NCBI GenBank assembly: GCA_964057225.1
Contig: OZ059899.1
Coordinates: 9,362,001-9,426,000 of the forward strand
Reading direction: 5' to 3'
Source of the DNA: Auanema rhodensis
Taxonomy: Eukaryota; Animalia; Nematoda
DNA length: 64,000 nt
Made by a program: the position numbers and the translations under genes. Under the pieces are notes generated by a model. The model had not been told where the DNA came from. It made no database searches and saw only the letters and a program-made list of their open reading frames with translations. Of the stretch, positions 32,365 through 46,852 are shown piece by piece. Numbering within the stretch: position 1 is the stretch's first letter; every line of letters starts with the position of its first letter.

Positions 32365-33311
32365 TAAATTTTTTTCATTTCACTTGTCATTCATAAAAAT
32401 CGAATTTATTTTTTTCAATGATTTTTTTTTGCAATGTGTCATAAGAATTACACAGTTGAACAAAACGTTTTTTAAGAATTTTCTTTGTTGTCAACATATA
32501 TATTTTCCTGGAATTCAAAAGCATTTGGGATGGAAATTAGAAAGAAAAGAACTAGTTTTTCCTAATTTAAAACAAACAATAAGAAATAAAATGAAAAAGA
32601 TTGTTAGATATCCAATTTAAACTTATACATTTACTTCGATAAAGAGCCTATTAGATTGAAATTTTATGTCTTACAGTTCTCCAACAGAACAGACTGATCC
32701 TGATTTTTCTACGATTACATAAAACTCTCGTTTGATATAAAAAAAGGAGAGAAACAACGTTTCCAGGATGTCAAGGATATCGAATCTAGTGATATTGTAG
32801 AAAAATGTAATGTCAGCTCCATAGGTTTTCTCCTAATATCTCTCATCACAATTGTCTTAGTTTTTTTCTCATAAGAGTTTCTGAAATCTTAGGTGAACAA
32901 GGCCGTATAAAATTTCCTGTAATTCGAAAGCATTTGGGATGGAATTTAGAAAGAAAAGAACTAGTTTTTCCTACTTTAAAACAAACAATAAGAAATAAAA
33001 TGAAAAAGATTGTTAGATATCCAATTTAAACTTATACATTTACTTCGATAAAAAGCCTATTAGTTTGAAATTTTATGTCTTACAGTTCTCCAACAGAACA
33101 GACTGATCCTGATTTTTCTACGATTATATAAAACTCTCGTTTGATATAAAAAAAGGAGAGGAATAACGTTTCCAGGATGTCAAGGATATCGAATCTAGTG
33201 ATATTGTAGAAAAATGTAATGTCAGCTCCATAGGTTTTCTCCTAATTTCTCTCATCACAATTGTTTTAGTTTTTTTTTCTCATAAGAGTTTCTGAAATCT
33301 TAGTTGAACAA

Positions 33312-33384
33312 GGCCGCGTGGCGCAATGGATAACGCGTCTGCCTACGGAGCAGAAGATTGTAGGTTCGAATCCTGCCGTGGTCG
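33312..33384 (+). tRNA. tRNA-Arg(ACG), major type
   Basis: Same 73-mer. Confidence 0.93.
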
Positions 33385-34740
33385 TAAATTTTTTTCATTT
33401 CACTTGTCATTCATAAAAATCGAATTTATTTTTTTCAATGATTTTTTTTTGCAATGTGTCATAAGAATTACACAGTTGAACAAAACGTTTTTTAAGAATT
33501 TTCTTTGTTGTCAACATATATATTTTCCTGGAATTCGAAAGCATTTGGGATGGAAATTAGAAAGAAAAGAACTAGTTTTTCCTACTTTAAAACAAACAAT
33601 AAGAAATAAAATGAAAAAGATTGTTAGATATCCAATTTAAACTTATACATTTACTTCGATAAAGAGCCTATTAGATTGAAATTTTATGTCTTACAGTTCT
33701 CCAACAGAACAGACTGATCCTGATTTCTCTATGATTACATAAAACTCCCGTTTGATATAAAAAAAGGAGAGGAATAACGTTTCCAGGATGTCAAGGATAT
33801 CGAATCTAGTGATATTGTAGAGAAATGTAATGTCAGCTCCATAGGTTTTCCCCTAATTTCTCTCATCACAATTGTCTTAGTTTTTTTCTCATAAGAGTTT
33901 CTGAAATCTTAGGTGAACAAGGCCGTATAAAATTTCCTGTAATTCGAAAGCATTTGGGATGGAATTTAGAAAGAAAAGAACTAGTTTTTCCTACTTTAAA
34001 ACAAACAATAAGAAATAAAATGAAAAAGATTGTTAGATATCCAATTTAAACTTATACATTTACTTCGATAAAGAGCCTATTAGATTGAAATTTTATGTCT
34101 TACAGTTCTCCAACAGAACAGACTGATCCTGATTTCTCTATGATTACATAAAACTCCCGTTTGATATAAAAAAAGGAGAGGAATAACGTTTCCAGGATGT
34201 CAAGGATATCGAATCTCGTGATATTGTAGAGAAATGTAATGTCAGCTCCATAGGTTTTCTCTTAATTTCTCTCATCACAATTGTCTTAGTTTTTTTCTCA
34301 TAAGAGTTTCTGAAATCTTAGGTGAACAAGGCCGTATAAAATTTCCTGTAATTCGAAAGCATTTGGGATGGAATTTAGAAAGAAAAGAACTAGTTTTTCC
34401 TACTTTAAAACAAACAATAAGAAATAAAATGAAAAAGATTGTTAGATATCCAATTTAAACTTATACATTTACTTCGATAAAAAGCCTATTAGTTTGAAAT
34501 TTTATGTCTTACAGTTCTCCAACAGAACAGACTGATCCTGATTTTTCTACGATTACATAAAACTCTCGTTTGATATAAAAAAAGGAGAGGAATAACGTTT
34601 CCAGGATGTCAAGGATATCGAATCTAGTGATATTGTAGAAAAATGTAATGTCAGCTCCATAGGTTTTCTCCTAATTTCTCTCATCACAATTGTCTTAGTT
34701 TTTTTTTCTCATAAGAGTTTCTGAAATCTTAGTTGAACAA

Positions 34741-34813
34741 GGCCGCGTGGCACAATGGATAACGCGTCTGCCTACGGAGCAGAAGATTGTAGGTTCGAAT
34801 CCTGCCGTGGTCG
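34741..34813 (+). tRNA. tRNA-Arg(ACG) with G12A
   Basis: D-stem mismatch. Confidence 0.8.
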
Positions 34814-35760
34814 TAAATTTTTTTCATTTCACTTGTCATTCATAAAAATCGAATTTATTTTTTTCAATGATTTTTTTTTGCAATGTGTCATAAGAATTAC
34901 ACAGTTGAACAAAACGTTTTTTAAGAATTTTCTTTGTTGTCAACATATATATTTTCCTGGAATTCGAAAGCATTTGGGATGGAAATTAGAAAGAAAAGAG
35001 CTAGTTTTTCCTACTTTAAAACAAACAATAAGAAATAAAATGAAAAAGATTGTTAGATATCCAATTTAAACTTATACATTTACTTCGATAAAGAGCCTAC
35101 TAGATTGAAATTTTATGTCTTACAGTTCTCCAACAGAACAGACTGATCCTGATTTTTCTACGATTACATAAAACTCTCGTTTGATATAAAAAAAGGAGAG
35201 GAACAACGTTTCCAGGATGTCAAGGATATCGAATCTAGTGATATTGTAGAAAAATGTAATGTCAGCTCCATAGGTTTTCTCTTAATTTCTCTCATCACAA
35301 TTGTCTTAGTTTTTTTCTCATAAGAGTTTCTGAAATCTTAGGTGAACAAGGCCGTATATAATTTCCTGTAATTCGAAAGCATTTGGGATGGAATTTAGAA
35401 AGAAAAGAACTAGTTTTTCCTACTTTAAAACAAACAATAAGAAATAAAATGAAAAAGATTGTTAGATATCCAATTTAAACTTATACATTTACTTCGATAA
35501 AGAGCCTATTAGATTGAAATTTTATGTCTTACAGTTCTCCAACAGAACACACTGATCCTGATTTTTCTACGATTACATAAAACTCCCGTTTGATATAAAA
35601 AAAGGAGAGGAATAACGTTTCCAGAATGTCAAGGATATCGAATCTAGTGATATTGTAGAAAAATGTAATGTCAGCTCCATAGGTTTTCTCCTAATTTCTC
35701 TCATCACAATTGTCTTAGTTTTTTTTTCTCATAAGAGTTTCTGAAATCTTAGTTGAACAA

Positions 35761-35833
35761 GGCCGCGTGGCGCAATGGATAACGCGTCTGCCTACGGAGC
35801 AGAAGATTGTAGGTTCGAATCCTGCCGTGGTCG
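35761..35833 (+). tRNA. tRNA-Arg(ACG), major type
   Basis: Same 73-mer. Confidence 0.93.
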
Positions 35834-37596
35834 TAAATTTTTTTCATTTCACTTGTCATTCATAAAAATCGAATTTATTTTTTTCAATGATTTTTTTTTG
35901 CAATGTGTCATAAGAATTACACAGTTGAACAAAACGTTTTTTAAGAATTTTCTTTGTTGTCAACATATATATTTTCCTGGAATTCGAAAGCATTTGGGAT
36001 GGAAATTAGAAAGAAAAGAACTAGTTTTTCCTACTTTAAAACAAACAATAAGAAATAAAATGAAAAAGATTGTTAGATATCCAATTTAAACTTATACATT
36101 TACTTCGATAAAGAGCCTATTAGATTGAAATTTTATGTCTTACAGTTCTCCAACAGAACAGACTGATCCTGATTTCTCTATGATTACATAAAACTCCCGT
36201 TTGATATGAAAAAAGGAGAGGAATAACGTTTCCAGGATGTCAAGGATAGCCAATCTAGTGATATTGTAGAGAAATGTAATGTCAGCTCCATAGGTTTTCT
36301 CTTAATTTCTCTCATCACAATTGTCTTAGTTTTTTTCTCATAAGAGTTTCTGAAATCTTAGGTGAACAAGGCCGTATATAATTTCCTGTAATTCGAAAGC
36401 ATTTGGGATGGAATTTAGAAAGAAAAGAACTAGTTTTTCCTACTTTAAAACAAACAATAAGAAATAAAATGAAAAAGATTGTTAGATATCCAATTTAAAC
36501 TTATACATTTACTTCGATGAAGAGCCTGTTAGTTTGAAATTTTATGTCTTACAGTTCTCCAACAGAACAGACTGATCCTGATTTTTCTACGATTACATAA
36601 AACTCTCGTTTGATATAAAAAAAGGAGAGAAACAACGTTTCCAGGATGTCAAGGATATCGAATCTAGTGATATTGTAGAAAAATGTAATGTCAGCTCCAT
36701 AGGTTTTCTCTTAATTTCTCTCATCACAATTGTCTTAGTTTTTTTCTCATAAGAGTTTCTGAAATCTTAGGTGAACAAGGCCGTATATAATTTCCTGTAA
36801 TTCGAAAGCATTTGGGATGGAATTTAGAAAGAAAAGAGTTAGTTTTTCCTACTTTAAAACAAACAATAAGAAATAAAATGAAAAAGATTGTTAGATATCC
36901 AATTTAAACTTATACATTTACTTCGATAAAGAGCCTATTAGATTGAAATTTTATGTCTTACAGTTCTCCAACAGAACAGACTGATCCTGATTTCTCTATG
37001 ATTACATAAAACTCCCGTTTGATATAAAAAAAGGAGAGGAATAACGTTTCCAGGATGTCAAGGATATCGAATCTAGTGATATTGTAGAGAAATGTAATGT
37101 CAGCTCCATAGGTTTTCTCTTAATTTCTCTCATCACAATTGTCTTAGTTTTTTTCTCATAAGAGTTTCTGAAATCTTAGGTGAACAAGGCCGTATAAAAT
37201 TTCCTGTAATTCGAAAGCATTTGGGATGGAATTTAGAAAGAAAAGAACTAGTTTTTCCTACTTTAAAACAAACAATAAGAAATAAAATGAAAAAGATTGT
37301 TAGATATCCAATTTAAACTTATACATTTACTTCGATAAAAAGCCTATTAGTTTGAAATTTTATGTCTTACAGTTCTCCAACAGAACAGACTGATCCTGAT
37401 TTTTCTACGATTACATAAAACTCTCGTTTGATATAAAAAAAGGAGAGGAATAACGTTTCCAGGATGTCAAGGATATCGAATCTAGTGATATTGTAGAAAA
37501 ATGTAATGTCAGCTCCATAGGTTTTCTCCTAATTTCTCTCATCACAATTGTCTTAGTTTTTTTCTCATAAGAGTTTCTGAAATCTTAGTTGAACAA

Positions 37597-37669
37597 GGCC
37601 GCGTGGCGCAATGGATAACGCGTCTGCCTACGGAGCAGAAGATTGTAGGTTCGAATCCTGCCGTGGTCG
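37597..37669 (+). tRNA. tRNA-Arg(ACG), major type
   Basis: Same 73-mer. Confidence 0.93.
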
Positions 37670-39436
37670 TAAATTTTTTTCATTTCACTTGTCATTCATA
37701 AAAATCGAATTTATTTTTTTCAATGATTTTTTTTTGCAATGTGTCATAAGAATTACACAGTTGAACGAAACGTTTTTTAAGAATTTTCTTTGTTGTCAAC
37801 ATATATATTTTCCTGGCATTCGAAAGCATTTGGGATGGAAATTAGAAAGAAAAGAGCTAGTTTTTCCTACTTTAAAACAAACAATAAGAAATAAAATGAA
37901 AAAGATTGTTAGATATCCAATTTAAACTTATACATTTACTTCGATAAAGAGCCTATTAGATTGAAATTTTATGTCTTACAGTTCTCCAACAGAACAGACT
38001 GATCCTGATTTTTCTACGATTACATAAAACTCTCGTTTGATATAAAAAAAGGAGAGGAACAACGTTTCCAGGATGTCAAGGATATCGAATCTAGTGATAT
38101 TGTAGAAAAATGTAATGTCAGCTCCATAGGTTTTCTCTTAATTTCTCTCATCACAATTGTCTTAGTTTTTTTCTCATAAGAGTTTCTGAAATCTTAGGTG
38201 AACAAGGCCGTATATAATTTCCTGTAATTCGAAAGCATTTGGGATGGAATTTAGAAAGAAAAGAACTAGTTTTTCCTACTTTAAAACAAACAATAAGAAA
38301 TAAAATGAAAAAGATTGTTAGATATCCAATTTAAACTTATACATTTACTTCGATAAAGAGCCTATTAGATTGAAATTTTATGTCTTACAGTTCTCCAACA
38401 GAACACACTGATCCTGATTTTTCTACGATTACATAAAACTCCCGTTTGATATAAAAAAAGGAGAGGAATAACGTTTCCAGGATGTCAAGGATATCGAATC
38501 TAGTGATATTGTAGAAAAATGTAATGTCAGCTCCATAGGTTTTCTCCTAATTTCTCTCATCACAATTGTCTTAGTTTTTTTTTCTCATAAGAGTTTCTGA
38601 AATCTTAGTTGAACAAGGCCGTATATAATTTCCTGTAATTCGAAAGCATTTGGGATGGAATTTAGAAAGAAAAGAACTAGTTTTTCCTACTTTAAAACAA
38701 ACAATAAGAAATAAAATGAAAAAGATTGTTAGATATCCAATTTAAACTTATACATTTACTTCGATAAAGAGCCTATTAGATTGAAATTTTATGTCTTACA
38801 GTTCTCCAACAGAACAGACTGATCCTGATTTTTCTACGATTACATAAAACTCTCGTTTGATATAAAAAAAGGAGAGGAACAACGTTTCCAGGATGTCAAG
38901 GATATCGAATCTAGTGATATTGTAGAAAAATGTAATGTCAGCTCCATAGGTTTTCTCTTAATTTCTCTCATCACAATTGTCTTAGTTTTTTTCTCATAAG
39001 AGTTTCTGAAATCTTAGGTGAACAAGGCCGTATATAATTTCCTGTAATTCGAAAGCATTTGGGATGGAATTTAGAAAGAAAATAACTAGTTTTTCCTACT
39101 TTAAAACAAACAATAAGAAATAAAATGAAAAAGATTGTTAGATATCCAATTTAAACTTATACATTTACTTCGATAAAGAGCCTATTAGATTGAAATTTTA
39201 TGTCTTACAGTTCTCCAACAGAACACACTGATCCTGATTTTTCTACGATTACATAAAACTCCCGTTTGATATAAAAAAAGGAGAGGAATAACGTTTCCAG
39301 GATGTCAAGGATATCGAATCTAGTGATATTGTAGAAAAATGTAATGTCAGCTCCATAGGTTTTCTCCTAATTTCTCTCATCACAATTGTCTTAGTTTTTT
39401 TTTCTCATAAGAGTTTCTGAAATCTTAGTTGAACAA

Positions 39437-39509
39437 GGCCGCGTGGCGCAATGGATAACGCGTCTGCCTACGGAGCAGAAGATTGTAGGTTCGAATCCTG
39501 CCGTGGTCG
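39437..39509 (+). tRNA. tRNA-Arg(ACG), major type
   Basis: Same 73-mer. Confidence 0.93.
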
Positions 39510-40865
39510 TAAATTTTTTTCATTTCACTTGTCATTCATAAAAATCGAATTTATTTTTTTCAATGATTTTTTTTTTGCAATGTGTCATAAGAATTACACA
39601 GTTGAACAAAACGTTTTTTAAGAATTTTCTTTGTTGTCAACATATATATTTTCCTGGATTTCGAAAGCATTTGGGATGGAAATTAGAAAGAAAAGAACTA
39701 GTTTTTCCTACTTTAAAACAAACAATAAGAAATAAAATGAAAAAGATTGTTAGATATCCAATTTAAACTTATACATTTACTTCGATGAAGAGCCTGTTAG
39801 TTTGAAATTTTATGTCTTACAGTTCTCCAACAGAACAGACTGATCCTGATTTTTCTACGATTACATAAAACTCTCGTTTGATATAAAAAAAGGAGAGGAA
39901 CAACGTTTCCAGGATGTCAAGGATATCGAATCTAGTGATATTGTAGAAAAATGTAATGTCAGCTCCATAGGTTTTCTCTTAATTTCTCTCATCACAATTG
40001 TCTTAGTTTTTTTCTCATAAGAGTTTCTGAAATCTTAGGTGAACAAGGCCGTATATAATTTCCTGTAATTCGAAAGCATTTGGGATGGAATTTAGAAAGA
40101 AAAGAGTTAGTTTTTCCTACTTTAAAACAAACAATAAGAAATAAAATGAAAAAGATTGTTAGATATCCAATTTAAACTTATACATTTACTTCGATAAAGA
40201 GCCTATTAGATTGAAATTTTATGTCTTACAGTTCTCCAACAGAACAGACTGATCCTGATTTCTCTATGATTACATAAAACTCCCGTTTGATATAAAAAAA
40301 GGAGAGGAATAACGTTTCCAGGATGTCAAGGATATCGAATCTAGTGATATTGTAGAGAAATGTAATGTCAGCTCCATAGGTTTTCTCTTAATTTCTCTCA
40401 TCACAATTGTCTTAGTTTTTTTCTCATAAGAGTTTCTGAAATCTTAGGTGAACAAGGCCGTATAAAATTTCCTGTAATTCGAAAGCATTTGGGATGGAAT
40501 TTAGAAAGAAAAGAACTAGTTTTTCCTACTTTAAAACAAACAATAAGAAATAAAATGAAAAAGATTGTTAGATATCCAATTTAAACTTATACATTTACTT
40601 CGATAAAAAGCCTATTAGTTTGAAATTTTATGTCTTACAGTTCTCCAACAGAACAGACTGATCCTGATTTTTCTACGATTACATAAAACTCTCGTTTGAT
40701 ATAAAAAAAGGAGAGGAATAACGTTTCCAGGATGTCAAGGAATATTGAATCTAGTGATATTGTAGAAAAATGTAATGTCAGCTCCATAGGTTTTCTCCTA
40801 ATTTCTCTCATCACAATTGTCTTAGTTTTTTTCTCATAAGAGTTTCTGAAATCTTAGTTGAACAA

Positions 40866-40938
40866 GGCCGCGTGGCGCAATGGATAACGCGTCTGCCTAC
40901 GGAGCAGAAGATTGTAGGTTCGAATCCTGCCGTGGTCG
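40866..40938 (+). tRNA. tRNA-Arg(ACG), major type
   Basis: Same 73-mer. Confidence 0.93.
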
Positions 40939-41887
40939 TAAATTTTTTTCATTTCACTTGTCATTCATAAAAATCGAATTTATTTTTTTCAATGATTTTT
41001 TTTTGCAATGTGTCATAAGAATTACACAGTTGAACAAAACGTTTTTTAAGAATTTTCTTTGTTGTCAACATATATATTTTCCTGGAATTCGAAAGCATTT
41101 GGGATGGAAATTAGAAAGAAAAGAACTAGTTTTTCCTACTTTAAAACAAACAATAAGAAATAAAATGAAAAAGATTGTTAGATATCCAATTTAAACTTAT
41201 ACATTTACTTCGATAAAGAGCCTATTAGATTGAAATTTTATGTCTTACAGTTCTCCAACAGAACAGACTGATCCTGATTTCTCTATGATTACATAAAACT
41301 CCCGTTTGATATGAAAAAAGGAGAGGAATAACGTTTCCAGGATGTCAAGGATAGCCAATCTAGTGATATTGTAGAAAAATGTAATGTCAGCTCCATAGGT
41401 TTTCTCCTAATTTCTCTCATCACAATTGTCTTAGTTTTTTTTCTCATAAGAGTTTCTGAAATCTTAGGTGAACAAGGCCGTATATAATTTCCTGTAATTC
41501 GAAAGTATTTGGGATGGAATTTAGAAAGAAAAGAACTAGTTTTTCCTACTTTAAAACAAAAAAATAAGAAATAAAATGAAAAAGATTGTTAGATATCCAA
41601 TTTAAACTTATACATTTATTTCGATGAAGAGCCTATTAGATTGAAATTTTATGTCTTACAGTTCTCCAACAGAACAGACTGATCCTGATTTCTCTATGAT
41701 TACATAAAACTCCCGTTTGATATAAAAAAAGGAGAGGAATAACGTTTCCAGGATGTCAAGGATAGCGAATCTAGTGATATTGTAGAGAAATGTAATGTCA
41801 GCTCCATAGGTTTTCTCCTAATTTCTCTCATCACAATTGTCTTAGTTTTTTTTTCTCATAAGAGTTTCTGAAATCTTAGTTGAACAA

Positions 41888-41960
41888 GGCCGCGTGGCGC
41901 AATGGATAACGCGTCTGCCTACGGAGCAGAAGATTGTAGGTTCGAATCCTGCCGTGGTCG
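41888..41960 (+). tRNA. tRNA-Arg(ACG), major type
   Basis: Same 73-mer. Confidence 0.93.
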
Positions 41961-42910
41961 TAAATTTTTTTCATTTCACTTGTCATTCATAAAAATCGAA
42001 TTTATTTTTTTCAATGATTTTTTTTTTGCAATGTGTCATAAGAATTACACAGTTGAACAAAACGTTTTTTAAGAATTTTCTTTGTTGTCAACATATATAT
42101 TTTCCTGGAATTCGAAAGCATTTGGGATGGAAATTAGAAAGAAAAGAACTAGTTTTTCCTACTTTAAAACAAACAATAAGAAATAAAATGAAAAAGATTG
42201 TTAGATATCCAATTTAAACTTATACATTTACTTCGATAAAGAGCCTATTAGATTGAAATTTTATGTCTTACAGTTCTCCAACAGAACAGACTGATCCTGA
42301 TTTCTCTATGATTACATAAAACTCCCGTTTGATATGAAAAAAGGAGAGGAATAACGTTTCCAGGATGTCAAGGATAGCCAATCTAGTGATATTGTAGAAA
42401 AATGTAATGTCAGCTCCATAGGTTTTCTCCTAATTTCTCTCATCACAATTGTCTTAGTTTTTTTTCTCATAAGAGTTTCTGAAATCTTAGGTGAACAAGG
42501 CCGTATATAATTTCCTGTAATTCGAAAGTATTTGGGATGGAATTTAGAAAGAAAAGAACTAGTTTTTCCTACTTTAAAACAAAAAAATAAGAAATAAAAT
42601 GAAAAAGATTGTTAGATATCCAATTTAAACTTATACATTTATTTCGATGAAGAGCCTGTTAGTTTGAAATTTTATGTCTTACAGTTCTCCAACAGAACAG
42701 ACTGATCCTGATTTTTCTACGATTACATAAAACTCTCGTTTGATATAAAAAAAGGAGAGGAACAACGTTTCCAGGATGTCAAGGATATCGAATCTAGTGA
42801 TATTGTAGAAAAATGTAATGTCAGCTCCACAGGTTTTCTCCTAATTTCTCTCATCACAATTGTCTTAGTTTTTTTTTCTCATAAGAGTTTCTGAAATCTT
42901 AGTTGAACAA

Positions 42911-42983
42911 GGCCGCGTGGCGCAATGGATAACGCGTCTGCCTACGGAGCAGAAGATTGTAGGTTCGAATCCTGCCGTGGTCG
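42911..42983 (+). tRNA. tRNA-Arg(ACG), major type
   Basis: Same 73-mer. Confidence 0.93.
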
Positions 42984-43928
42984 TAAATTTTTTTCATTTC
43001 ACTTGTCATTCATAAAAATCGAATTTATTTTTTTCAATGATTTTTTTTGGCAATGTGTCATAAGAATTACACAGTTGAACAAAACGTTTTTTAAGAAGTT
43101 TTTTTGTTGTCAACATATATATTTTGCTGGAATTCAAAAGCATTTGGGATGGAAATTAGAAAGAAAAGAACTAGTTTTTCCTACTTCAAAACAAACAATA
43201 AGAAATAAAATGGAAAAGATTGTTAGATATCCAATTCAAACTTATACATTTACTTCGATAAAGAGCCTATTAGATTGAAATTTTATGTCTTACAGTTCTC
43301 CAACAGAACAGACTGATCCTGATTTTTCTACGATTACATAAAACTCTCGTTTGATATAAAAAAAGGAGAGGAACAACGTTTCCAGGATGTCAAGGATATC
43401 GAATCTAGTGATATTGTAGAAAAATGTAATGTCAGCTCCATAGGTTTTCCCCTAATTTCTCTCATCACAATTGTCTTAGTTTTTTTCTCATAAGAGTTTC
43501 TGAAATCTTAGGTGAACAAGGCCGTATAAAATTTCCTGTAATTCGAAAGCATTTGGGATGGAATTTAGAAAGAAAAGAACTAGTTTTTCCTACTTTAAAA
43601 CAAACAATAAAAAATAAAATGAAAAAGATTGTTAGATATCCAATTTAAACTTATACATTTACTTCGATGAAGAGCCTGTTAGTTTGAAATTTTATGTCTT
43701 ACAGTTCTCCAACAGAACAGACTGATCCTGATTTTTCTACGATTACATAAAACTCTCGTTTGATATAAAAAAAGGAGAGGAATAACGTTTCCAGGATGTC
43801 AAGGATATCGAATCTAGTGATATTGTAGAGAAATGTAATGTCAGCTTCATAGCTTTTCTCTTGATTTCTCTCATCACAATTGTCTTAGTTTTTTTCTCAT
43901 AAGAGTTTCTGAAATCTTAGGTGAACAA

Positions 43929-44001
43929 GGCCGCGTGGCGCAATGGATAACGCGTCTGCCTACGGAGCAGAAGATTGTAGGTTCGAATCCTGCCGTGGTC
44001 G
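43929..44001 (+). tRNA. tRNA-Arg(ACG), major type
   Basis: Same 73-mer. Confidence 0.93.
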
Positions 44002-44539
44002 TAAATTTTTTTAATTTCACTTGTCATTCATAAAAATCGAATTTATTTTTTTCAATGATTTTTTTTTGCAATGTGTCATAAGAATTACACAGTTGAACAA
44101 AACGTTTTTTAAGAATTTTCTTTGTTGTCAACATATATATTTTCCTGGAATTCGAAAGCATTTGGGATGGAAAGTAGAAAGAAAAGAACTAGTTTTTCCT
44201 ACTTTAAAACAAACAATAAGAAATAAAATGAAAAAGATTGTTAGATATCCAATTTAAACTTATACATTTACTTCGATAAAGAGCCTATTAGATTGAAATT
44301 TTATGTCTTACAGTTCTCCAACAGAACAGACTGATCCTGATTTCTCTATGATTACATAAAACTCCCGTTTGATATAAAAAAAGGAGAGGAATAACGTTTC
44401 CAGGATGTCAAGGATAGCGAATCTAGTGATATTGTAGAGAAATGTAATGTCAGCTCCATAGGTTTTCTCCTAATTTCTCTCATCACAATTGTCTTAGTTT
44501 TTTTTTCTCATAAGAGTTTCTGAAATCTTAGTTGAACAA

Positions 44540-44612
44540 GGCCGCGTGGCGCAATGGATAACGCGTCTGCCTACGGAGCAGAAGATTGTAGGTTCGAATC
44601 CTGCCGTGGTCG
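44540..44612 (+). tRNA. tRNA-Arg(ACG), major type
   Basis: Same 73-mer. Confidence 0.93.
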
Positions 44613-45150
44613 TAAATTTTTTTCATTTCACTTGTCATTCATAAAAATCGAATTTATTTTTTTCAATGATTTTTTTTGGCAATGTGTCATAAGAATTACA
44701 CAGTTGAACAAAACGTTTTTTAAGAAGTTTTTTTGTTGTCAACATATATATTTTGCTGGAATTCAAAAGCATTTGGGATGGAAATTAGAAAGAAAAGAAC
44801 TAGTTTTTCCTACTTCGAAACAAACAATAAGAAATAAAATGGAAAAGATTGTTAGATATCCAATTCAAACTTATACATTTACTTCGATAAAGAGCCTATT
44901 AGATTGAAATTTTATGTCTTACAGTTCTCCAACAGAACAGACTGATCCTGATTTTTCTACGATTACATAAAACTCTCGTTTGATATAAAAAAAGGAGAGG
45001 AACAACGTTTCCAGGATGTCAAGGATATCGAATCTAGTGATATTGTAGAAAAATGTAATGTCAGCTCCATAGGTTTTCCCCTAATTTCTCTCATCACAAT
45101 TGTCTTAGTTTTTTTTTCTCATAAGAGTTTCTGAAATCTTAGTTGAACAA

Positions 45151-45223
45151 GGCCGCGTGGCGCAATGGATAACGCGTCTGCCTACGGAGCAGAAGATTGT
45201 AGGTTCGAATCCTGCCGTGGTCG
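45151..45223 (+). tRNA. tRNA-Arg(ACG), major type
   Basis: Same 73-mer. Confidence 0.93.
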
Positions 45224-46168
45224 TAAATTTTTTTCATTTCACTTGTCATTCATAAAAATCGAATTTATTTTTTTCAATGATTTTTTTTGGCAATGTGTCA
45301 TAAGAATTACACAGTTGAACAAAACGTTTTTTAAGAAGTTTTTTTGTTGTCAACATATATATTTTGCTGGAATTCAAAAGCATTTGGGATGGAAATTAGA
45401 AAGAAAAGAACTAGTTTTTCCTACTTCAAAACAAACAATAAGAAATAAAATGGAAAAGATTGTTAGATATCCAATTCAAACTTATACATTTACTTCGATA
45501 AAGAGCCTATTAGATTGAAATTTTATGTCTTACAGTTCTCCAACAGAACAGACTGATCCTGATTTTTCTACGATTACATAAAACTCTCGTTTGATATAAA
45601 AAAAGGAGAGGAACAACGTTTCCAGGATGTCAAGGATATCGAATCTAGTGATATTGTAGAAAAATGTAATGTCAGCTCCATAGGTTTTCCCCTAATTTCT
45701 CTCATCACAATTGTCTTAGTTTTTTTCTCATAAGAGTTTCTGAAATCTTAGGTGAACAAGGCCGTATAAAATTTCCTGTAATTCGAAAGCATTTGGGATG
45801 GAATTTAGAAAGAAAAGAACTAGTTTTTCCTACTTTAAAACAAACAATAAAAAATAAAATGAAAAAGATTGTTAGATATCCAATTTAAACTTATACATTT
45901 ACTTCGATGAAGAGCCTGTTAGTTTGAAATTTTATGTCTTACAGTTCTCCAACAGAACAGACTGATCCTGATTTTTCTACGATTACATAAAACTCTCGTT
46001 TGATATAAAAAAAGGAGAGGAATAACGTTTCCAGGATGTCAAGGATATCGAATCTAGTGATATTGTAGAGAAATGTAATGTCAGCTTCATAGCTTTTCTC
46101 TTGATTTCTCTCATCACAATTGTCTTAGTTTTTTTCTCATAAGAGTTTCTGAAATCTTAGGTGAACAA

Positions 46169-46241
46169 GGCCGCGTGGCGCAATGGATAACGCGTCTGCC
46201 TACGGAGCAGAAGATTGTAGGTTCGAATCCTGCCGTGGTCG
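46169..46241 (+). tRNA. tRNA-Arg(ACG), major type
   Basis: Same 73-mer. Confidence 0.93.
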
Positions 46242-46779
46242 TAAATTTTTTTCATTTCACTTGTCATTCATAAAAATCGAATTTATTTTTTTCAATGATT
46301 TTTTTTTGCAATGTGTCATAAGAATTACACAGTTGAACAAAACGTTTTTTAAGAATTTTCTTTGTTGTCAACATATATATTTTCCTGGAATTCGAAAGCA
46401 TTTGGGATGGAAATTAGAAAGAAAAGAACTAGTTTTTCCTACTTTAAAACAAACAATAAGAAATAAAATGAAAAAGATTGTTAGATATCCAATTTAAACT
46501 TATACATTTACTTCGATAAAGAGCCTATTAGATTGAAATTTTATGTCTTACAGTTCTCCAACAGAACAGACTGTTCCTGATTTCTCTATGATTACATAAA
46601 ACTCCCGTTTGATATAAAAAAAGGAGAGGAATAACGTTTCCAGGATGTCAAGGATAGCGAATCTAGTGATATTGTAGAGAAATGTAATGTCAGCTCCATA
46701 GGTTTTCTCCTAATTTCTCTCATCACAATTGTCTTAGTTTTTTTTTCTCATAAGAGTTTCTGAAATCTTAGTTGAACAA

Positions 46780-46852
46780 GGCCGCGTGGCGCAATGGATA
46801 ACGCGTCTGCCTACGGAGCAGAAGATTGTAGGTTCGAATCCTGCCGTGGTCG
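46780..46852 (+). tRNA. tRNA-Arg(ACG), major type
   Basis: Same 73-mer. Confidence 0.93.
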
